Below, one piece after another: positions 1-5,869 of a stretch of 6,227 bases of DNA (the first letter of the stretch is position 1; each line of letters opens with the position of its first letter). The notes beneath the pieces were generated by a model. The model made no database searches, was not told the DNA's origin, and was given only the letters and a program-made list of their open reading frames with translations. The DNA is from Candidatus Iainarchaeum sp. (GTDB taxonomy: Archaea > Iainarchaeota > Iainarchaeia > Iainarchaeales > CSSED10-239): contig JAQUVR010000037.1 in assembly GCA_028693335.1 (NCBI GenBank), forward strand, positions 1 to 6,227, written 5' to 3'. A program made the translations under genes and the position numbers.

Positions 1-237
1 GAAATATTTCTAAATATTGAAAATTCTGTAAAAAAAATGATACCAATTGAAAAAATATTTCAAGAAAATAGAATTGATTCAAAAAAGGTAATTGGAGATA
101 TAGTTCTCGATACCAACTCCAGTAATCCAGAATATGTTTTTGAAATTAGAGAAAAAAGAAAATTATTTGGTTTTATTCCAATTGGAGAAAAGATAGTAGA
201 AAAAAGAATTTCTGCAACTTTGGAGATCAAAGAATAG
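1..237 (+). CDS. hypothetical protein, C-terminal fragment (frame open to the left window edge)
   Basis: Frame 1 has no stop from nt 1 to TAG at 235-237. The track ORF begins at an internal ATG (37), but the upstream codons (EIFLNIENSVKK) are in frame, so the gene probably starts outside the window. A T9 tract follows it. No motif recognised. Confidence 0.45.
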   Translation, partial: EIFLNIENSVKKMIPIEKIFQENRIDSKKVIGDIVLDTNSSNPEYVFEIREKRKLFGFIPIGEKIVEKRISATLEIKE

Positions 238-255
238 TTTTCTTTATTTTTTTTT
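238..255 (+). terminator. oligo-T tract (T3..T4..T9) after the left-edge CDS, with no stable hairpin
   Basis: The sequence tttTCTTTATTTTTTTTT follows the stop directly and has a T9 run at 247-255. Archaeal-style intrinsic termination uses oligo-T tracts. The same pattern follows the other genes in the window. Confidence 0.35.
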
Positions 256-280
256 AAATAATTACCTTTAAATATCTACT

Positions 281-295
281 TATAATATATATTAT
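281..295 (+). promoter_or_regulatory. AT-only 15-mer TATAATATATATTAT (TATA-box-like), 10 nt upstream of ATG 305
   Basis: Exact copy of the 15-mer at 1165-1179. A second TATA-like box, TTTAAATA, lies at 268-275. No Shine-Dalgarno precedes ATG 305, which fits a leaderless or very short-leader mRNA. Confidence 0.3.
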
Positions 296-304
296 TGACT
301 AAAT

Positions 305-1144
305 ATGCAAAAAAAGATATTAATAATATTTATATTCCTATTTTTGATTAATTATGTTTGTGCATATAATATTGTGTCTCAAGAAACAGAAATAACCCAC
401 AATCAGTTTGATATTTATAAGGTTAATGAAAGATTATTGATTACTGATATTAATGAAAATAAACTAGACTTACCAATTGTTCCAAGCTATGATCTAATAA
501 TAAAAATAAATAATCAAAGATATTCTAATATTTCTTATACAACTGAGCTATTAACAATAAACTTAGAACCAAACAGATCACAAATAGATCTAGAGATTAT
601 ATATTTGACTGATTATTATATTAGTAAATCAGAGAGTCTTTGGAATATTAATTATGGTTCAAGATATATAGAAAAGATAGATAAGATCACTCTAACACTT
701 CCAAAAGATGCACAAACAAAAGATCTAACATATATTTCTTCTGCTAAAGTTGTAAATGGACAAATGGTAATAACTTTAATTAATTCTAATAATATAAGTG
801 TTAGTTATAGTCTGGTTTCTTTAAAAAAGAAAAATTATTATTTATTGTTAATACTTTTAATTATTCCAATCTATTTTTTATTAAAAAAAAAGAAAAAAAC
901 AAAGAGATCAGAAAAAAAAGAAGATTCACTATTACTTGGACTAAACGAAAATGAACAAAAAATAATTAAATTATTATTAGATCAAAAAGAAGGGTTAACA
1001 CAAAAACAGATCGCATTGAAGTTATTTTTACCAAAGGGTACAGTTTCAAGAAATATTCAAAAACTTGTTGATAAAGGATATTTAGAGATCAAAAAATATG
1101 GTGTTAGTAATAAGATCTTTTTGGGTGAAGTTTTTAAGAAATAA
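305..1144 (+). CDS. membrane-tethered winged-helix (MarR/TrmB-like) transcriptional regulator with an N-terminal extracytoplasmic domain
   Basis: 279 aa. The N-terminal signal-peptide-like segment is MQKKILIIFIFLFLINYVCA (nt 305-364). A ~155-aa beta-rich domain follows, with three N-x-S/T sequons. One TM helix, NYYLLLILLIIPIYFLL (nt ~833-883), is followed by a poly-Lys stop-transfer (KKKKKTKRSEKK). The C-terminal region LNENEQKIIKLLLDQKEGLTQKQIALKLFLPKGTVSRNIQKLVDKGYLEI (nt ~926-1129) has the classic wHTH pattern. Confidence 0.8.
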   Translation: MQKKILIIFIFLFLINYVCAYNIVSQETEITHNQFDIYKVNERLLITDINENKLDLPIVPSYDLIIKINNQRYSNISYTTELLTINLEPNRSQIDLEIIYLTDYYISKSESLWNINYGSRYIEKIDKITLTLPKDAQTKDLTYISSAKVVNGQMVITLINSNNISVSYSLVSLKKKNYYLLLILLIIPIYFLLKKKKKTKRSEKKEDSLLLGLNENEQKIIKLLLDQKEGLTQKQIALKLFLPKGTVSRNIQKLVDKGYLEIKKYGVSNKIFLGEVFKK

Positions 1145-1164
1145 ATATAATTATATTATTTTTG

Positions 1165-1179
1165 TATAATATATATTAT
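1165..1179 (+). repeat. second exact copy of TATAATATATATTAT in the 1145-1264 intergenic region
   Basis: Identical 15-mer to 281-295. A shortened variant, TATAATATATTAT, is at 3866-3878 upstream of thrS. The sequence is low complexity, so significance is uncertain. Confidence 0.3.
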
Positions 1180-1264
1180 ATCTCTTTTTATATTTATAAA
1201 ATAATTTTTTTAATAAAATTGTTTTTTTATTTTTTGTGATATATATTTTAAAAAAAGGTAATTT

Positions 1265-2347
1265 ATGAGTAAACTAATAATAAATAAAAAAAAACTATTT
1301 GAAAACTTAAATATTTTAAATAATCTTTTAGAACAAAAAAACATAAAATGGACACTAGTTACAAAAATTTTATCTGGAAATAAAATTGTTTTAAATGAGA
1401 TTTTAAGTCATTCAATTATAAAAAAGATTCATTCTTTTGGAGATTCTAGGATAAGTAATCTAAAAACCATAAAAAGAATAAATTCAAAAGTAACAACAAT
1501 GTATATTAAACCACCATCTATAAAAGATGTTACAAATATTGTAAAATATGCTGATATATCTCTTAACACATCTTTGAAAACAATAACCAAATTAAATCAA
1601 GAAGCAAAATTACAAAACAAAATACATAAAGTAATTATAATGGTAGAACTTGGAGAATTAAGAGAAGGTGTTATTAAAGAAAATCTATTGAATTTTTATT
1701 CTCAATGTTTCAATCTAACAAATATTAAAATAATTGGAATTGGTGCAAATTTAGGTTGTATGTATGGAGTTGAACCAACAATTTCAAAAATGAAGTTGTT
1801 ATCTGATTATAAGAGAAAAATAGAAAAAAAATTTAATATAAAATTAAAGTATATCTCTGGTGGTAGTTCTATTAATTTATCCTTATTAAATAAAGATTTG
1901 CCAAAAACCATAAATCATTTAAGAATTGGAGAATCTGCATTTTTAGGAACAGATCCTATTACTAGTAAAAGGTTTAAAAATCTAAATACAGATGTTTTTA
2001 ATTATCAAGCAAATATTATTGAGTTAAAAAAGAAAAGATCTAAACCAGATGGAAAAATAAGTACTGCCAATATAGGGCATACATCTAATACATTTTCTAA
2101 ATCAGAAACCTATAGGGCAATTGTAGATTTTGGGATATTAGATGTTGATGCTGATCAATTGATACCAAAATTAAAAACCGTTACTTTTATTTGCACCACT
2201 TCTGATATGAGTGTTTATGATCTTAAGCAAAATATTCCAATAAATGGTAAAAAAAAAGAAGTTGGTTCTACTATAAAGTTTATTCCAAAATACATGGCTG
2301 TTGCTAAGTTGTTTTTATCTAAATATACTGAGATAGAGATAAATTAA
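1265..2347 (+). CDS. PLP-dependent amino-acid racemase, alanine/ornithine/lysine racemase-like family (fold-type III, COG3457-like)
   Basis: 360 aa. The N-terminal barrel carries a candidate PLP lysine in WTLVTKILSGN (K34, nt 1364-1366). The motifs FGDSRISNL, VKYADISLNTS and IIMVELGELREGV match my recollection of the predicted amino-acid racemase family (ornithine racemase, Thermotoga-type lysine racemase, YhfX). A weak AGGT lies 5 nt upstream of the ATG. Substrate cannot be assigned from sequence. Confidence 0.75.
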   Translation: MSKLIINKKKLFENLNILNNLLEQKNIKWTLVTKILSGNKIVLNEILSHSIIKKIHSFGDSRISNLKTIKRINSKVTTMYIKPPSIKDVTNIVKYADISLNTSLKTITKLNQEAKLQNKIHKVIIMVELGELREGVIKENLLNFYSQCFNLTNIKIIGIGANLGCMYGVEPTISKMKLLSDYKRKIEKKFNIKLKYISGGSSINLSLLNKDLPKTINHLRIGESAFLGTDPITSKRFKNLNTDVFNYQANIIELKKKRSKPDGKISTANIGHTSNTFSKSETYRAIVDFGILDVDADQLIPKLKTVTFICTTSDMSVYDLKQNIPINGKKKEVGSTIKFIPKYMAVAKLFLSKYTEIEIN

Positions 2348-2392
2348 TTTTATTTTTTATAAATGCATATGGTTTATATATATTTTTGATCT

Positions 2393-2420
2393 AAGATATA
2401 TATTTCTGTTTTTATATAAA
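2393..2420 (+). promoter_or_regulatory. TATA-like boxes (AGATATATATTT at 2393-2404 and TTTATATA at 2411-2418) upstream of tRNA-Ser
   Basis: These are AT-rich boxes whose left ends lie 24-42 nt upstream of the mature tRNA 5' end. Position is the only evidence for a promoter, and the TSS is unknown. Confidence 0.3.
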
Positions 2421-2434
2421 AATAGAGGTTTTTT

Positions 2435-2517
2435 GCAGAGATGGCGGAGTGGTCAAACGCGCTAGCCTGCTAAGCTAGAGTCTCACGACTACCTGGGTTC
2501 GAATCCCAGTCTCTGCG
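2435..2517 (+). tRNA. tRNA-Ser (anticodon GCT; class II with long variable arm)
   Basis: Hand-folded cloverleaf. Acceptor GCAGAGA (2435-2441) pairs with TCTCTGC (2510-2516). D arm is GCG/CGC with loop GAGTGGTCAAA. Anticodon stem is CTAGC/GCTAG with loop CT-GCT-AA (anticodon 2469-2471). The 14-nt variable arm is AGTC-TCAC-GACT-AC. T arm is CTGGG-TTCGAAT-CCCAG. Discriminator is G2517. CCA is not encoded. Confidence 0.92.
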
Positions 2518-2568
2518 TAGCTGATTTTGATCGGCTAGCACCTAATTTTTAAATTATAAAAAAATCAG
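2518..2568. terminator. structured convergent intergenic region: tRNA-trailer hairpin, T5 (+) and T7 (-) tracts, nested 8-bp inverted repeat
   Basis: The hairpin TAGCTGAT-TTTG-ATCGGCTA (2518-2537) has 8 bp including one G-U pair and starts 1 nt after the discriminator. T5 lies at 2546-2550 for the + strand. A7 at 2558-2564 gives T7 on the minus strand, just after the GNAT stop. CTGATTTT (2521-2528) is complementary to AAAATCAG (2561-2568). Confidence 0.4.
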
Positions 2569-2569
2569 A

Positions 2570-3331
2570 TCATTTAATCCTTCTAGTAACATTTCTTTTT
2601 TTATAATCTGGATTTTTATCAAAGGTTATATATTGTAATTTTGATGGTCCAGGATTTGTTTTACTTTCTGGAACAGTAAATAAATTATATCTGTGTCTAG
2701 AGTGTGCAAAACTACGCAAAACTTCTTTAATATCTTTAATCTCCTTACCAGATCTATCTTTTTTAGAAATCTCTATTACAAATGGTTTTTTACCAGTTAC
2801 TCTTTCAGTAATTTTTTGAGTTTCTGGAAATACTGCTCTAATTAAAATAAATCTGGAACCATGTTTTACTCTTTGATCTGCAATAACTCTTTCTAATAAC
2901 ATTGTCCCTAATCCTTTTTTTTGATATTTTGAATTTACATTTAATTCATTTAAACTGAAATATGTGTCGTTTGCTGACCATCTTTTAGCGATTTCTGGTT
3001 CTATATTATAGTTTTGAGAAATGGTTTTTATTTCGCCCATAACAGACCCCAATAATTCAGATCCATTATACATTAGATAAAAAACACTTCTATCTTTTTT
3101 TTCTAGTTTACTTTTAATATAAGATCTTAGTTCTTCTGCAGTTTTTCTATATTTCACTTTATCAATATTAACTATGTCTTGCAATGTTTTTATTGGTAAT
3201 TTTTCAAGATCTGCCCAAGTAATTTTTTTATAATTTATGTTAGTAAATTCTTTATGTAGTGAAATCATATGAAAAGATATTAAAGAAAGGTTTTTTAAAT
3301 AAAACAGAACATTCTTATTTTTAAAAAACAT
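2570..3331 (-). CDS. GNAT-family N-acetyltransferase with ~70-aa basic C-terminal extension
   Basis: 253 aa as tracked. The acetyl-CoA motif A, Q-x-x-G-x-G, is present as QKKGLG (nt 2906-2923) within LNELNVNSKYQKKGLGTMLLERVIA. An alternative start at ATG 3268 (MISLHKEF..., 232 aa) has a TTATTTAAAA box ~30 nt upstream and removes a low-complexity N-terminus. Stop is TGA. Confidence 0.7.
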   Translation of the reverse strand: MFFKNKNVLFYLKNLSLISFHMISLHKEFTNINYKKITWADLEKLPIKTLQDIVNIDKVKYRKTAEELRSYIKSKLEKKDRSVFYLMYNGSELLGSVMGEIKTISQNYNIEPEIAKRWSANDTYFSLNELNVNSKYQKKGLGTMLLERVIADQRVKHGSRFILIRAVFPETQKITERVTGKKPFVIEISKKDRSGKEIKDIKEVLRSFAHSRHRYNLFTVPESKTNPGPSKLQYITFDKNPDYKKRNVTRRIK

Positions 3332-3399
3332 ACCATGCTATTAAACACAAAAAAATAAAAAAACCAATATTTTTAATATATTGTGTGTTCTATTTTTCT

Positions 3400-3786
3400 A
3401 TGAAATTACTTTATTGGGCGCCAAGAATATTATCAATAATTTTCATATTGTTTTTAGCTTTATTTTCATTAGATGTTATTACTCCAACAGCAACAACAAA
3501 AGAAATAATTATTGGTCTTTTGATACATAATATTCCAGTGTTTATATTATCAATAATTTTATTAATATCCTGGAAACATGAAATTGTTGGGGCTATTTTT
3601 TTTAATTTAGCAGGTCTTTTATATCTTTTTAATTTTTTAATAACTATAAATAGAACTCCATCATTTAATTTAGGTTATTTAGTTCCTATTTTTATTATCT
3701 CTGTGCCAGCCTTTTTAATAGGAATATTATTTCTAATTAATTGGAAAAAGAAAAAAACTAATAAAAAATTACTTTTTAAGAAATGA
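3400..3786 (+). CDS. small integral membrane protein, 4 predicted TM helices, function unknown
   Basis: I prefer ATG 3400 (MKLLYWAPRILSII...) to the track's GTG 3385, because the TATA-like TTTTTAATATAT at ~3371-3382 lies ~25 nt upstream (leaderless-like). There are four hydrophobic ~20-aa segments and a Lys-rich C-terminus (KKKKTNKKLLFKK). Stop is TGA. Confidence 0.6.
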   Translation: MKLLYWAPRILSIIFILFLALFSLDVITPTATTKEIIIGLLIHNIPVFILSIILLISWKHEIVGAIFFNLAGLLYLFNFLITINRTPSFNLGYLVPIFIISVPAFLIGILFLINWKKKKTNKKLLFKK

Positions 3787-3885
3787 GATCTATAATAATA
3801 GAGATTTTCTCTGATTTTTAAAAAAATTTGTTTTTTCTTGTTTATTTATATTTATTTCTGTCTTATATAATATATTATAGAAACT

Positions 3886-3923
3886 TACCTAAAACTAATA
3901 TGTGGTAATAGGATTTTTAGGTA
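3886..3923 (+). promoter_or_regulatory. thrS leader stem-loop: perfect 9-bp stem with a 20-nt loop containing UGGUAA
   Basis: TACCTAAAA (3886-3894) is the exact reverse complement of TTTTAGGTA (3915-3923). The loop is CTAATATGTGGTAATAGGAT. The hairpin ends 8 nt before GGAGG (3932-3936) and 20 nt before ATG 3944. Confidence 0.4.
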
Positions 3924-3931
3924 TCAACAAT

Positions 3932-3936
3932 GGAGG
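3932..3936 (+). promoter_or_regulatory. Shine-Dalgarno GGAGG for thrS
   Basis: GGAGG lies 7 nt upstream of ATG 3944. It is the only strong SD in the window. Confidence 0.75.
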
Positions 3937-3943
3937 AAAAAAC

Positions 3944-5869
3944 ATGAACAATGTAAAAATAAATTTTCCAGATGGTTCAATAAAAGAAATTGAATCAGGA
4001 AAAAAAGCAAAAGATATAATTCTTGAAAATATTGGAGATGGCTTATTAAGAATAGCAATAGCTGTTAAAGCAAACGATAAGTTGATAGATTTAGAAACAC
4101 CTATTACCACAACAACAGATTTTTTAGTACTAACTTATAAAGATAAAGAAGGTAAGGACATTTTTTGGCATAGTTCTTCACACATAATGGCACTTGCTAT
4201 TAAAAGAATATTTCCAGATGTAAAATTTGCTATTGGTCCATCAATAGAAGAAGGGTTTTATTATGATGTAGACATTAACAGATCTTTTACTGAAGAAGAA
4301 CTACTAAAAATAGAAGAAGAAGTACACAAAATTATTAAAGAAGATCTAAAATTTGAAAGATTTGAAATAGATTATAATCAGGCTTTGGAAGTCTTTAAAG
4401 ATCAACCATATAAAATAGAACTAATAAATGAAATAAAAGATAAAGGCGAAAAATTATCATACTATAAAGTAGGAGAATTTATAGATCTTTGTAGAGGACC
4501 ACATGTAGAATCAACAGGAAAAATAAAAACCTTTAAGATATTAAAAGCATCAGGTGCTTATTGGAAAGGAGATTCTAAAAACAAACAATTACAAAGAATT
4601 TATGGAATTTCTTTTTCATCAAACACAGAACTTAAAGAATATTTAACAAAAATAGAAGAAGCACAAAAAAGAGATCATAGAAAAATAGGAAGAGAACTTG
4701 ATCTTTATAGTTTTCAAGAAGAAGCACCTGGTATGCCTTTTTTCCATTCCAAAGGCGCTTATATTTGGAATAAACTTGTTGAATTTTTAACAGAAAAGTT
4801 ATATGAAAGAAACTATGAAATTAACAAAACACCAATGATTCTTAATAAATCACTTTGGTTACAATCAGGGCATTGGGATCATTATAAAAATAACATGTAC
4901 TTTACAAAAATAGATGATCAAGATTTTGCAGTAAAGCCAATGAATTGTCCAGGAAATATGTTAATTTACAAAGCACATCAATACTCTTATAGAGATCTAC
5001 CAATAAGAGCAGGAGAATTTGGTTTAGTTCATAGACATGAATTATCAGGTGTTCTTTCTGGACTATTTAGAGTGAGATGTTTTACTCAAGATGATGCTCA
5101 TGTATTTTGTACAAGAGAACAAATGAAAGATGAAATTATTGATTTAATTAATCTTTTAGATGAAGTCTATAAAGTATTTGGTTTTGAATATGAAATGGAA
5201 CTATCCACAAAACCAGAAAATGCAATGGGATCAGAAAAAGATTGGGAAGTTGCAGAAACTACATTAAAAGAAGTAATTGAATCTCTTGGAAAAAAATATA
5301 AATTAAATCCAGGAGATGGAGCATTCTATGGTCCAAAAATAGATTTCCACCTAAAAGATGCTATTGGAAGAACATGGCAATGTGGAACAATACAACTAGA
5401 TTTTCAAATGCCAGAAAAGTTTAATTTAACTTATGAAGGTCCAGACAATCAAAAATTAAGACCAGTAATGATTCATAGAGCAGTTTATGGAAGTGTTGAA
5501 AGATTCTTAGGAATATTAGTTGAGAACTTTGAAGGGAAATTTCCACTTTGGTTAAGCCCTGTTCAAATAATCTTGCTTCCAATTGCTGATAGGCATAATG
5601 ATTATGCTTATGACGTTTCTAAGAATCTAAAAAAGAATGGTTTTAAAGTAGAAGTTGATTCAAATGCATTAACTATGAACAAAAAAATAAGAAATGCAGA
5701 ACTAAAAAAGATCAACTATATTTTAGTTGTTGGAGATTCTGAAGAAAAAAATAAAACCGTTAATGTAAGAACAAGAGATAATGAAATACTTGGTGAGAAA
5801 ACAATTGCTGATCTAATTACAGAATTGTCTCTTGAAGTTAAGGAAAAAAGAATTACTAGAAAAAAGTAA
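3944..5869 (+). CDS. thrS: threonyl-tRNA synthetase, bacterial-type (TGS + N2 editing + class II core + anticodon-binding domain)
   Basis: 641 aa from ATG 3944. The track's GTG 3902 adds 14 unconserved residues and lacks an RBS. The protein is collinear with E. coli ThrS as I recall it. The editing domain has HSSSH (4169-4183) and DLCRGPH. Also present are KRDHRKIG, QEEAPGMPFFH and the Zn ligands C (MNCPG), H (FGLVHRHE) and H (VMIHRA). Motif 2 is FRVRCFTQDDAH and motif 3 is GSVERFLGIL. Stop is TAA at 5867-5869. Confidence 0.95.
   Translation: MNNVKINFPDGSIKEIESGKKAKDIILENIGDGLLRIAIAVKANDKLIDLETPITTTTDFLVLTYKDKEGKDIFWHSSSHIMALAIKRIFPDVKFAIGPSIEEGFYYDVDINRSFTEEELLKIEEEVHKIIKEDLKFERFEIDYNQALEVFKDQPYKIELINEIKDKGEKLSYYKVGEFIDLCRGPHVESTGKIKTFKILKASGAYWKGDSKNKQLQRIYGISFSSNTELKEYLTKIEEAQKRDHRKIGRELDLYSFQEEAPGMPFFHSKGAYIWNKLVEFLTEKLYERNYEINKTPMILNKSLWLQSGHWDHYKNNMYFTKIDDQDFAVKPMNCPGNMLIYKAHQYSYRDLPIRAGEFGLVHRHELSGVLSGLFRVRCFTQDDAHVFCTREQMKDEIIDLINLLDEVYKVFGFEYEMELSTKPENAMGSEKDWEVAETTLKEVIESLGKKYKLNPGDGAFYGPKIDFHLKDAIGRTWQCGTIQLDFQMPEKFNLTYEGPDNQKLRPVMIHRAVYGSVERFLGILVENFEGKFPLWLSPVQIILLPIADRHNDYAYDVSKNLKKNGFKVEVDSNALTMNKKIRNAELKKINYILVVGDSEEKNKTVNVRTRDNEILGEKTIADLITELSLEVKEKRITRKK

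Noticed and set aside
883-899. A9 and A7 homopolymers at the TM/wHTH junction of the regulator as a phase-variation slippage tract
   Set aside because: A shift of +1 or -1 would truncate the protein before the wHTH. However, equivalent A9 runs occur in the racemase (1286-1294 and 2249-2257), and they encode ordinary Lys stretches in this AT-rich genome. Nothing suggests a specific contingency locus.
2645-2656. NPGP in the GNAT tail, reminiscent of viral 2A ribosome-skipping peptides
   Set aside because: The upstream context (PESKT-NPGP) does not fit the D(V/I)ExNPGP consensus. 2A skipping is a eukaryotic-ribosome phenomenon. This is most likely coincidence.
2348-3400. tRNA-Ser-adjacent genes (GNAT, small membrane protein) as an integrated genomic island
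   Set aside because: There is no integrase, no duplicated tRNA 3' segment beyond a 6-nt GCTAGC, and no visible compositional shift relative to the flanking housekeeping genes.
3786-3818. Possible hairpins downstream of the membrane-protein stop (CTAT-AATA-ATAG and AGAG-ATTTT-CTCT)
   Set aside because: The stems are only 4-5 bp and mostly A-T, so they cannot be told apart from chance in this composition. The T5 and T6 tracts at 3815-3819 and 3831-3836 suffice as termination signals.
3900-3908. Mini-ORF ATG-TGG-TAA (M-W-stop) in the thrS leader as a possible attenuation leader peptide
   Set aside because: It has two codons and no Thr codons. No terminator/antiterminator alternative is evident, and the ORF simply overlaps the loop sequence discussed in the findings.
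3902-3943. GTG 3902 as the thrS start (track ORF), and GTG 3385 as the start of the membrane protein
   Set aside because: The 14 extra residues (MVIGFLGINNGGKN) are not part of the conserved ThrRS N-terminus. GGAGG sits 7 nt before ATG 3944 and would be inside the extension. GTG 3902 also lies in the loop of the leader hairpin. For the membrane protein, ATG 3400 is better placed relative to the TATA-like box.
3895-4110. 71-aa minus-strand ORF from the track, antisense to the thrS start
   Set aside because: It lies entirely antisense to the highly conserved TGS domain of thrS. The peptide is low-complexity and hydrophobic, and it has no RBS or promoter-like context. This is a typical shadow ORF in AT-rich DNA.
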